Shown: piece after piece, positions 18,833 to 26,495 of the stretch
How positions within the stretch are numbered: position 1 is the first letter of the stretch
Layout: every line of letters begins with the position of its first letter
From: Candidatus Babelota bacterium
GTDB taxonomy: Bacteria > Babelota > Babeliae > Babelales > Vermiphilaceae
Length of the DNA: 32,000 bases
NCBI GenBank assembly: GCA_039809905.1
Contig: JBDHVY010000001.1
Span: forward strand, 60,001 to 92,000
Direction: 5' to 3'
The notes under the pieces: model-generated
What the model saw: only the letters and a program-made list of their open reading frames with translations
Database searches by the model: none
Told to the model about the DNA's origin: nothing
Position numbers and translations under genes: made by a program

Positions 18833-19003
18833 GTTCGTATGGTTCGACCCTCTTTCGCTAAAGCTTCAGAGGGCAGGCAGTAATCCGATATAGCCTTGGC
18901 AAATCGAATTAGGACGAACATATTAAATAAATTAATTTACCCGTTCGTTCTGACGAGTCCTTCGTAGCTTTAGCGAAGTAGGAGCCTGTCGAAGGATACG
19001 AAC
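18833..19003. mobile_element. MITE/REP-like element with imperfect terminal inverted repeats
   Basis: Left end GTTCGTATGGTTCGAC (18833-18848), right end GTCGAAGGATACGAAC (18988-19003), inverted match 14/16; inner arms TTTCGCTAAAGCTTCAGAG and CTTCGTAGCTTTAGCGAAG are also inverted. It lies in the promoter-to-ATG gap of the truncated glyS copy; that gap is only about 33 bp at the intact copy. Confidence 0.55.
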
Positions 19004-19018
19004 AAATAAAGGACCTTT

Positions 19019-19200
19019 ATGTCAGCACAAAGACCAACCTTAGACGATATCGTTGCACTCTGCAAAAGACGTGGTTTTGTATTCCAGTCATCAGAAATTT
19101 ATGGCGGCCTGAATGGGGTATATGATTTTGGTCCATTGAGCACCTTGCTTAAAAATAATATTAGAAACGCATGGTCAAAATCTATCAAATCTCCCGATAA
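19019..19200 (+). pseudogene. Truncated duplicate of the glyS 5' end
   Basis: 182 bp identical to 26496-26677 except one base (S vs G codon); reading frame then runs into unrelated sequence at 19201. Confidence 0.95.
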
Positions 19201-19387
19201 TAAGAACCATCAGGATTTTTCATCAATTCAAGTAGTTTTAAATTAAGCATTGGTGCAATCATGCACATATCATTACTTTGTTGATGAAAAAAATATGTTG
19301 CTTCTTTTTTTGATCCATAGCAGGATCCATTGAATAGATATGAAAACAAAATGGTAATAATAAAAGTAATCCAATTATTTTTTTCAT
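19201..19387 (-). pseudogene. Fragment of a paralogue of the broken secreted-protein gene
   Basis: 19201-19336 matches 17626-17761 (136 bp). Beyond it the signal-peptide region differs (ATG at 19387: MKKIIGLLLLLPFCFHIYS). Truncated exactly at the glyS fragment junction. Confidence 0.85.
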
Positions 19388-19557
19388 GATAACGTCTCAC
19401 CCTTCCCATAAGCTATTTATTTCAATTGCAAAAAAATAACTATTTTAAAGTAAACATTTTACAAAATTTAAATATAATGAGGGTTTCTAAAATAAAATTA
19501 TAGGAAAAACACAAAGGTCCTACAGATTTATTTATCTGTATATAAGGAGCTTATACC

Positions 19558-20055
19558 ATGTCAATGAATTTTATAATAATAAAAAATCTAAATAATTTTC
19601 AGCAAATAATAGAAAGCCCTATTTTTATAGGTTGCGATAAAGCTCGTCTAAATATGGAAATATCGACGAATATGTGGGCTATTTCAATAGCTCCTAAAAC
19701 ACTTAAAAATATATCTTTAGATTATTTATCTGAATTTGTAAAAAATCTTTTACACAAAAAGCTTCAACAAATATCACAATTAGCTATTTCTTGTCCTGTA
19801 ATTTTTTATATGTGGTTCGATGAAATGCCTTCTCAATTAAGATTTAATATAATATCGGAATCGCATAATCAACTCCCCTTTGCTTGTAAATTAAACATTA
19901 TAAATTTACCTGAGAAAATTTTAATAAATTTTTTAAAATCTCAACATAATCAAATAATTCCTTGGACCGATTTAATAGAAATCACAGATGATTCTGATGA
20001 AGTAGAAGAAATTCCTTTTATATTGGATGTATTTGTTATCCAATTAAACAAATGA
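19558..20055 (+). CDS. Candidate immunity/orphan immunity protein, family A
   Basis: 165 aa; aligns with 23813-24298 product (NMWxIS...FYxWFDxxxxQLRFNIIxE...LPFxCKL) and is followed by an orphan toxin-tail fragment. Confidence 0.65.
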   Translation: MSMNFIIIKNLNNFQQIIESPIFIGCDKARLNMEISTNMWAISIAPKTLKNISLDYLSEFVKNLLHKKLQQISQLAISCPVIFYMWFDEMPSQLRFNIISESHNQLPFACKLNIINLPEKILINFLKSQHNQIIPWTDLIEITDDSDEVEEIPFILDVFVIQLNK

Positions 20056-20062
20056 ATAGCGC

Positions 20063-20131
20063 ATGGATTCTATAGATTCAAAAACTTTAAAACTTTATAA
20101 ACCTGCTGTTACTACAAGAATAGTAAAATAA
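20063..20131 (+). pseudogene. Orphan toxin 3'-end fragment 1
   Basis: MDSIDSKTLKLYKPAVTTRIVK* resembles the toxin C-terminus HIGSIDPKTLRIYKGPKHAKLKI* and is closely similar at DNA level to 24443-24514 and its downstream sequence (ataataattttaggagtcatc). Confidence 0.75.
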
Positions 20132-20256
20132 TAATTTTAGGAGTCATCTTTTAAATATTATCTTTTTATAAATTAAAGTATTTTATTACTTGTTGAACAA
20201 TTGTATCCATTATATACTGAACCGAACTTTTATTTTTTTAACCACAAAGGTTTATC

Positions 20257-21480
20257 ATGATACAATTACACCGGTTTATTTTCTGCTTAACTTTCATCAG
20301 TAATACCTTGCATACACAAACAGCAGAGGAACAATATAATTCCCACAACCAACAAATCCCTGCGCTTAAAAAGCTTAGTCCCTCTAAAGAATCTAAAGAT
20401 CTTTTAAAACGGCTCGGTAAAGAACTTGCCATGTGTAAAGATATTCTAAGCTCTAATTTTTCTAATCTTTCTGAGCTTGATAACAATAATATTGCTGAAC
20501 CTGATTCTTCTGCATTTCATAATGATGACATTGCCGAATTAGAAATGGTATTTGAATCATCTCCCGAAGAAGCACAACACATTGTAAATTATCTCAAAAA
20601 TAATAATGCTTATAAAAAAAAACGCGGATATATTTTTTTTGTGGGAAAACCAGGAGTAGGAAAAACAACTATGGCAAAAGCTATAGCATATAAAATGTCA
20701 CTAGAAGGATGGGATTGCCGACATTTCACAAGCAGTGATTTTATAAAAAGCAATCGCAACCAAACAGCTACCTATCTGAAACAAAAATTGGAATCGGCTA
20801 CACTCTCTCCTAGACCAATTATAGTAATTATAGATGAAATTAATGGTTTATTAGAAAACACACATAGTGAAAATTATGATACAGATTCCACCTCAAAAGC
20901 ACTATGGAGTTTTCTTGATGAGCAGAAAGATAATCATCAATTCTTTTTAATTGGTACAGCCAATGATATTTCGAAACTACCGCAGGCTTTGCAAAATAGA
21001 ATATTGGGAAGAATAATTGAATTTCCCGAAATAACAAGCATGGAATCTAAAATTAAATCTTTACGTAGAAATCTAATAGAAGCAGGGTTGAAATTCGATA
21101 AAGAAATAACGGATGCCTTTTTAGAAAGTGAACTCAAAAAAATATCCGATCACTCTAATCGTAGCATAGATCGGCTTGCAGAAAGCATATATTTCAATCA
21201 TCAAGCAAATACTTCTCTGATGATTACAAAAGAAACTATTACAAAAAACATTCTGAAACGTATTCAAGAAGAGAAAACAATGGGTTATAACGTTAAAAAA
21301 GAAACCGATGCTGAAAGACAAGAACGGCACCACCAGGAAAATAAATCAGCACAAAACTCATATATTCTTAAACAGGCTGGTGTTCAAACTGCTGTTCATG
21401 TTGGTCTTACCTACGTCCTACCAGTAGTAATATCGGTCATTACCGGGGGAAAAACCCCTCCTACCCCGCCTATTCTATAA
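20257..21480 (+). CDS. AAA+ ATPase-like protein with N-terminal signal-like segment and C-terminal hydrophobic segment
   Basis: N-term MIQLHRFIFCLTFISNTLHTQTA; Walker A FVGKPGVGKTTMAKAIA; Walker B PIIVIIDEINGL; sensor-like FFLIGTANDISKLPQALQNRI; C-terminal VHVGLTYVLPVVISVITGG. Confidence 0.85.
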   Translation: MIQLHRFIFCLTFISNTLHTQTAEEQYNSHNQQIPALKKLSPSKESKDLLKRLGKELAMCKDILSSNFSNLSELDNNNIAEPDSSAFHNDDIAELEMVFESSPEEAQHIVNYLKNNNAYKKKRGYIFFVGKPGVGKTTMAKAIAYKMSLEGWDCRHFTSSDFIKSNRNQTATYLKQKLESATLSPRPIIVIIDEINGLLENTHSENYDTDSTSKALWSFLDEQKDNHQFFLIGTANDISKLPQALQNRILGRIIEFPEITSMESKIKSLRRNLIEAGLKFDKEITDAFLESELKKISDHSNRSIDRLAESIYFNHQANTSLMITKETITKNILKRIQEEKTMGYNVKKETDAERQERHHQENKSAQNSYILKQAGVQTAVHVGLTYVLPVVISVITGGKTPPTPPIL

Positions 21481-21540
21481 ATATATGTATATATCATATC
21501 CAACCCTACGAAATATAAATTTATATCTCGAAAGAACTAT

Positions 21541-22905
21541 ATGAAACGTTTTTTCCTATTGTATTACCTCGCTTTATCAGTTATGCTTTGGCCTTCTGAT
21601 ATTACTTGTAATCCTTCCAAGCTTACAATAGCCGTTGCTCCGGTTACATCTTTGGGGTCTTTAATAATAATCAATCCCATTACTGCAATACTTGGTGCTG
21701 CAACACAACTTGCAACAATAGCCCAAAATGCACTTCAAAAATATATGGAGCAAAATTCGCCTCTAAGCCACAATATACCATTACCACCAGAGGTTATCCT
21801 GGCAGAACGCTCTTATTATGAACAAAGAATTGTTGCATTAGAAGCTCTTAAACAAGAATTTCTTTCTCTTAAAAAAGATTTAGAAGCTTTTAGGTTTCTT
21901 AAGGGTACTAATCAAACAACATTCACTTACGAGTTTTTAAACCACATTAATCAATTAGATCCTCATCACAAAGATCCATTACTGCACATTTCTCGTCAAC
22001 GCGAAAAGTATCTAACAGATAATCAGAAAGAAAATTTAAGACTTTTACGAGAAACTCAATTACAACGTATTGGACAAGAAATTACTTCTCTTCAAACTAG
22101 TCTTGTTGTTCATATTTATGTCCTTATGGAACAAGTATCTGTTGCTTACGATGAATACCACGTATTTCAAGAAAAAATAGAGGGAGATATTAAGCTATGG
22201 AACAAGAATATCAATAATATCACTTATAATACAGCACTGCAATTATACCGAACAGAGCTACAGCAAGCATATTTACTCAACAGTCTCAAACAAAAAGTTG
22301 ATGAACTGCAAATGATAGCTCATTACTATCGCAATAATGTGAATATCTCTTGCATAGAAAAAAGCACAAATATCATTCCTATTTTAGAAACACTTGACCC
22401 ATTAATAACTGACTTAAACCTATTCATTCCAAATCAAAAAACTGTTAACGATAATAACATTCGCATAACAGAACAGCATTTTATTGCCCAGGGCATTAAT
22501 ATACAGCAGATAAGAAATGATATTAAAAAGAATCTTGAACAAAATAGAAATAATCGCGCTAAACAAACTATTGCTCAAGCCAAAAACAAATTAGAAAATA
22601 TTGTTGTTGCCGGTGGACCAAGTAAAGACCCTAAAGATAATGATAGAAACAAAGAACGAATATTTAATGCAATTTCTAAAACAGAATTCTTTAAAAAAGT
22701 AGAAGAGCATTATGAATACTATAAAGACAATATCTATAAACGAAAAAGAGGAACTGATGGAATTGAAGATGCTGAATATCTTAAATGGGATAAGTTACAT
22801 AACGATGTTGAAGCATATGGAAAAAATAAATGTCACATTGGTTCTATAGATCCAAAAACGCTCCGTATATATAAGGGACCAAAACACGCTAAACTAAAAA
22901 TATGA
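21541..22905 (+). CDS. Secreted coiled-coil protein with C-terminal colicin E3-type ribonuclease (cytotoxic) domain
   Basis: Signal-like N-term MKRFFLLYYLALSVMLWPSDITC; hydrophobic segment GSLIIINPITAILGAATQLATI; long helical region; C-term YLKWDKLHNDVEAYGKNKCHIGSIDPKTLRIYKGPKHAKLKI aligns with colicin E3 EWDSQHGELEGYRASDGQHLGSFDPKTGNQLKGPDPKRNIKKYL, keeping the positions of E3 D510, H513 and E517. Confidence 0.85.
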   Translation: MKRFFLLYYLALSVMLWPSDITCNPSKLTIAVAPVTSLGSLIIINPITAILGAATQLATIAQNALQKYMEQNSPLSHNIPLPPEVILAERSYYEQRIVALEALKQEFLSLKKDLEAFRFLKGTNQTTFTYEFLNHINQLDPHHKDPLLHISRQREKYLTDNQKENLRLLRETQLQRIGQEITSLQTSLVVHIYVLMEQVSVAYDEYHVFQEKIEGDIKLWNKNINNITYNTALQLYRTELQQAYLLNSLKQKVDELQMIAHYYRNNVNISCIEKSTNIIPILETLDPLITDLNLFIPNQKTVNDNNIRITEQHFIAQGINIQQIRNDIKKNLEQNRNNRAKQTIAQAKNKLENIVVAGGPSKDPKDNDRNKERIFNAISKTEFFKKVEEHYEYYKDNIYKRKRGTDGIEDAEYLKWDKLHNDVEAYGKNKCHIGSIDPKTLRIYKGPKHAKLKI

Positions 22906-22929
22906 TTCATTATTAAGAAAGTAATATTT

Positions 22930-23220
22930 ATGTTCATTTGTTGTAATGCCTTAAAAGAAACAGTAGAAGATCTAAGAGTATACATTAGTTATGACGACAG
23001 ATATAGAGAATATTATATAGAGACAACAGATCCTGTTGTAATTTATGTAATCAAGTATTGTCCATGGTGCTCTAAAAAATTACCCGAAAATTTAACTGAT
23101 GAATGGTTCAAAGCTCTTGAAACAGAATATGGCCTGGATGATCCCGATAGCAAGGAACAACAAAATCTAGTTCCTAATGAATTTAAAACTGATGAATGGT
23201 GGAAAAAGCGTGGTTATTGA
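22930..23220 (+). CDS. Small Cys4 (CC...CPWC) protein, candidate immunity, family B copy 1 (possibly DUF6980-like)
   Basis: 96 aa, FICCNALKE...IKYCPWCSKKLPENLTDEWFKALETEYGLDDPDSKEQQNLVPNEFKTDEWWKKRGY; directly downstream of the toxin. DUF name is from memory and tentative. Confidence 0.75.
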   Translation: MFICCNALKETVEDLRVYISYDDRYREYYIETTDPVVIYVIKYCPWCSKKLPENLTDEWFKALETEYGLDDPDSKEQQNLVPNEFKTDEWWKKRGY

Positions 23221-23223
23221 ATA

Positions 23224-23736
23224 ATGAAATATTGCTGGCGAATAACAAAATATGATCCAGAAAAACGTAATTCTCAAGGATGGTTCCTTGAAGATACATG
23301 GATTTCTTATGGAGAGATTGGAGAGTCATATCAAGGAAAAATACTCACTTATGATGAGTATATACGAGTGGAAAACCTCTATATAAATGCAATAGTGGAA
23401 TTTATGAAATGCTTAGATATTTCACATCTACAAATTCAAGGATTAGAAAATCATGGTAGCGTAAATGAAGATCCATCTATTGACCAAGAAGAACGAGTAT
23501 TTGTTAATACATTGCAAGAAAATGATTTATTATCCTTAGAACAAATTAAAACGGCCTCAAAACTGATATTACGAAATTATTTTTGGTGTCAATTAATAAG
23601 CAAGCACAAAATGTTTGTCCACTTTGGTTATGATTATTATATGTATATAGGAAGTAGATCAGAATGCAAAGATACTCTACAAAAAATAAAAAATTCTGGA
23701 TTATTTGTTGAAGACTTTGAATCTCCTTATAGGTAA
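23224..23736 (+). CDS. Candidate immunity protein, family C copy 1 (intact)
   Basis: 170 aa, MKYCWRITKYDPEKRNSQGWFLEDTWISYGEIGESYQGKILTYDEY...FVHFGYDYYMYIGS; 3 nt after the preceding stop; paralogue at 24836-25347. Confidence 0.75.
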   Translation: MKYCWRITKYDPEKRNSQGWFLEDTWISYGEIGESYQGKILTYDEYIRVENLYINAIVEFMKCLDISHLQIQGLENHGSVNEDPSIDQEERVFVNTLQENDLLSLEQIKTASKLILRNYFWCQLISKHKMFVHFGYDYYMYIGSRSECKDTLQKIKNSGLFVEDFESPYR

Positions 23737-23812
23737 GAAAAAGAATTAAAAAAATAATTTTTTATGAGTCATCAACTATGCATTCCTGTCAGTTAGAGGT
23801 AATTTTTATAAC

Positions 23813-24298
23813 ATGAATATTATAGGCATATCTCATTTAGATCAGCTTGATTTTATTTTTAACGATCAATTGTATCTCTCAGGAAAACAAGAAGAAGAAA
23901 TCTATCATAATATGTGGTGCATTTCTCTAGAAAGAAATATTATAGAGAGTATTACTTTGGAGCAATTAAAATTTTTTGTAGATAAACTAATTAAAAACAG
24001 AGAACAGCAATTGAAAGGTATCTATTCTTCTAAAAATGCGATTTTTTATATATGGTTTGATAAACAAGCCTTACAATTAAGATTTAATATTATTACAGAG
24101 ATAACATTCTTGCCTTTTGGATGTAAACTTCAATTACTTACCGCTCCAGATTCTATTTTGACTAGTTTTATCTCTACTATCCGAGATATTGCTAATTATG
24201 GAGACCTTATTCAATTCAATGATGAACAAGATGTGCCAGATGAAGATGAAAACAAAGAACAATATGTTTTAAATGTTTTTGCTAAAAAATTAAATTAA
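23813..24298 (+). CDS. Candidate immunity protein, family A copy 2
   Basis: 161 aa, paralogous to the 19558-20055 product; conserved IFYIWFDKQALQLRFNIITE and LPFGCKL. Confidence 0.7.
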   Translation: MNIIGISHLDQLDFIFNDQLYLSGKQEEEIYHNMWCISLERNIIESITLEQLKFFVDKLIKNREQQLKGIYSSKNAIFYIWFDKQALQLRFNIITEITFLPFGCKLQLLTAPDSILTSFISTIRDIANYGDLIQFNDEQDVPDEDENKEQYVLNVFAKKLN

Positions 24299-24301
24299 AC
24301 A

Positions 24302-24514
24302 TTGATAGGATTTCCAATATCAGAATCACAACAAATATGCATCGGGATCAATGAGGGAAATACGAAAAATATATATGAATACACAACAGATAAATTACAT
24401 ATATTTGATGCGATTGAAGCATATGGCAAAAATAGGTGACATATGGGCTCGATAGATCCAAAAACTTTAAAATTTTATAAACCTGCTGTAGCTGCAAAAA
24501 GAATAGCAAAATAA
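24302..24514 (+). pseudogene. Chimeric remnant: start of the 25358-type gene fused to a toxin 3' end (fragment 2)
   Basis: Single frame reads LIGFPISESQQICIGINEGNTKNIYEYTTDKLHIFDAIEAYGKNR*HMGSIDPKTLKFYKPAVAAKRIAK*. The first part resembles IVFQISESHLIHVAV...NIYGYKTHELHIFDEIEA of 25358-25945; the second resembles VEAYGKNKCHIGSIDPKTLRIYK of the toxin. Confidence 0.8.
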
Positions 24515-24535
24515 TAATTTTAGGAGTCATCAACT

Positions 24536-24832
24536 ATGCATTGCTGTCAATTAATGGCCGATTCTATCAATGATCAACGCATTCAAATTGGCTATGATCC
24601 AATAACTGGAGATTATTTTATACCTCTTCTTTATAAAGGAAAAACAACCGCATTACAATGTCTATATCTCTGCCCTTGGTGCGGTAAAAAATTACCCACT
24701 AGCCTCAACAATCTATGGTTCGAAATACTTGAAAAAGAATACAATCTCAATGATCCCGATAGTAAGGAACAACAAAATCTAATTCCTAATGAATTTAAAA
24801 CTGATGAATGGTGGAAAAAGCGTGGTTATTGA
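24536..24832 (+). CDS. Small Cys4 (CC...CPWC) protein, family B copy 2
   Basis: 98 aa, MHCCQLMADSIND...YLCPWCGKKLPTSLNNLWFEILEKEYNLNDPDSKEQQNLIPNEFKTDEWWKKRGY. Confidence 0.75.
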   Translation: MHCCQLMADSINDQRIQIGYDPITGDYFIPLLYKGKTTALQCLYLCPWCGKKLPTSLNNLWFEILEKEYNLNDPDSKEQQNLIPNEFKTDEWWKKRGY

Positions 24833-24835
24833 ATA

Positions 24836-25347
24836 ATGAAATATTGCTGGCGAATAACAAAATATGATCCAAAAAAACGTAATTCCCAAGGATGGTTTCT
24901 TGAAGACACCTGGACCTCTTATTCAGATATTGGAGAGTCATATCAAGGTAAAAAAATTACTTATGATGAATATTCACAAGTGGAAAATCTCTATATAAAT
25001 GCAATAGTGGAATTTATGAAATGCTTAGATATTTCACACTTACAAGTTAAATACCTAGAGAACCATGGAAGTATAAATGAAGATCCATCGATTGAGAAGA
25101 CAGAAGTTATATTTGTTAATGCAATGAAAGAAAATGATTTGTTATCGTTGGAACAAGTTAGAATGGTATCAAGACTAATCTACGAGGATATTTTTGGTGT
25201 CAATTAATCAGCAAATATAAAATGTTCATTGATTTTGGTCATGACTATTATATGTTTATTGGTAGTAGATCAAAATGCAAAGATACTCTACAAAAAATAA
25301 AAAATTCTGGATTATTTGTTGAAGACTTTGAATCTCCTTATAGGTAA
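24836..25347 (+). pseudogene. Candidate immunity protein, family C copy 2 (frameshifted)
   Basis: Track ORF stops at 25207 (...IYEDIFGVN*), but a 1-nt frame change restores homology to copy 1 through LISKYKMFIDFGHDYYMFIGSRSKCKDTLQKIKNSGLFVEDFESPYR* ending at 25347. Confidence 0.85.
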
Positions 25348-25357
25348 ACTATTTTAA

Positions 25358-25945
25358 ATGAAAATATTGATAGTATTTCAAATTTCAGAATCACACCTAA
25401 TACACGTTGCAGTCACTCAGCAGGTGAAGACAAATATATATGGCTACAAAACACATGAATTGCATATATTTGATGAAATTGAAGCAAAATATATTCACAA
25501 CAACAAATCGATCATTTTAATTCGTGATAGTGCACAATATGTGATAGAAACATTTTGTAATTCTTTAGAAATGGCACTTAAGAATGAATTGATGTTAGAT
25601 CCATCCCTTGTTCCAGGAAAAATCGGATATTTTTTTAGTAAAGAAAAAGCTGATAATTTTGATGAAATAAAGGATGCGAAGAATATTTTTTCACAATATT
25701 GGGTATGGTCTTCTTTAGATAATGTACAAACATGGCTTTATAATGCAAATAATAAAATATATCTTGAAATAAGTCTCACTTATCCCTGGTTATTTTCAGA
25801 TCCAGAAGAAGGCGAAAATTATATTTCTTTCGATGAATACATGAGTAGCTATAAGCCCGTAGCTTTAATCGAATTGGAAAAATCACTTGTTTTGTCATGG
25901 ATAAATGAATGCCGTAGGCTGTTACAGAAAATGGAAACAGTTTAA
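25358..25945 (+). CDS. Candidate immunity protein, family D
   Basis: 195 aa, MKILIVFQISESHLIHVAVTQQVKTNIYGYKTHELHIFDEIEAKY...; flanked by family C and an orphan toxin tail; its 5' part is duplicated at 24302-24420. Confidence 0.7.
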   Translation: MKILIVFQISESHLIHVAVTQQVKTNIYGYKTHELHIFDEIEAKYIHNNKSIILIRDSAQYVIETFCNSLEMALKNELMLDPSLVPGKIGYFFSKEKADNFDEIKDAKNIFSQYWVWSSLDNVQTWLYNANNKIYLEISLTYPWLFSDPEEGENYISFDEYMSSYKPVALIELEKSLVLSWINECRRLLQKMETV

Positions 25946-25961
25946 TTAATAATATCCCAAT

Positions 25962-26075
25962 CACATTGGATCAATCAATGCTCAAACGTTAAAATTATAC
26001 AAGCCAGAAAACTTCCCGGAAAGTAACAAAGAAAGTAACAAAAAATGGTTCATCCTCAACACTGTTGTAAGTTAA
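25962..26075 (+). pseudogene. Orphan toxin 3'-end fragment 3
   Basis: Translates as HIGSINAQTLKLYKPENFPESNKESNKKWFILNTVVS*, matching the HIGSIDPKTL(R/K)xYK segment of the toxin. Confidence 0.7.
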
Positions 26076-26365
26076 TAGATTTGTTTCTTGATGATATTAG
26101 AGTGCCGATTCTATATTTCCCTGTTCCTAGAGAATATGCACTTCTCATGCTAGAAGAGGGTAGGAAACGAGGCCGAATGAATGCTGTACAAGGTATAATA
26201 TATTGTCCTTGGTGCAACAAGAAACTACCTGAAAGCCTACGAGACAAGTGGTTCGAAATACTTGAAAAAGAATACAATCTCGATGATCCCGATAGTAAGG
26301 AACAACAAAATTTAATTCCTAATGAATTTAAAACTGATGAATGGTGGAAAAAGCGTAGTTATTGA
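26045..26365 (+). CDS. Small Cys4 (CC...CPWC) protein, family B copy 3
   Basis: 106 aa, MVHPQHCCKLIDLFLDD...IIYCPWCNKKLPESLRDKWFEILEKEYNLDDPDSKEQQNLIPNEFKTDEWWKKRSY. Confidence 0.75.
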   Translation: MVHPQHCCKLIDLFLDDIRVPILYFPVPREYALLMLEEGRKRGRMNAVQGIIYCPWCNKKLPESLRDKWFEILEKEYNLDDPDSKEQQNLIPNEFKTDEWWKKRSY

Positions 26366-26424
26366 ATAATGAATAAACAGTAGGCATGAAGAATCTACAG
26401 ACTATCGAAATAAAGCTAACAAAT

Positions 26425-26453
26425 TTGTCAAAAACCAGCTAAACGGCTATTCT
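26425..26453 (+). promoter_or_regulatory. Putative glyS promoter
   Basis: TTGTCA-N17-TATTCT, then ATATAACAT, about 40 bp before the glyS ATG; duplicated at 18765-18793. Confidence 0.5.
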
Positions 26454-26495
26454 ATATAACATTATAATTGAATTAAAGTAACTCAAAGGGCCCCT

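Noticed and set aside
24348-24533. 61-aa minus-strand ORF
   Set aside because: Antisense to the toxin-tail/family D chimeric remnant; hydrophobic A/T-rich chance ORF.
19558-26365. CRISPR-like array or retron in the repeated region
   Set aside because: Repeats are gene-length, diverged coding duplications without regular short repeats and spacers; no reverse transcriptase or Cas-like protein is seen.
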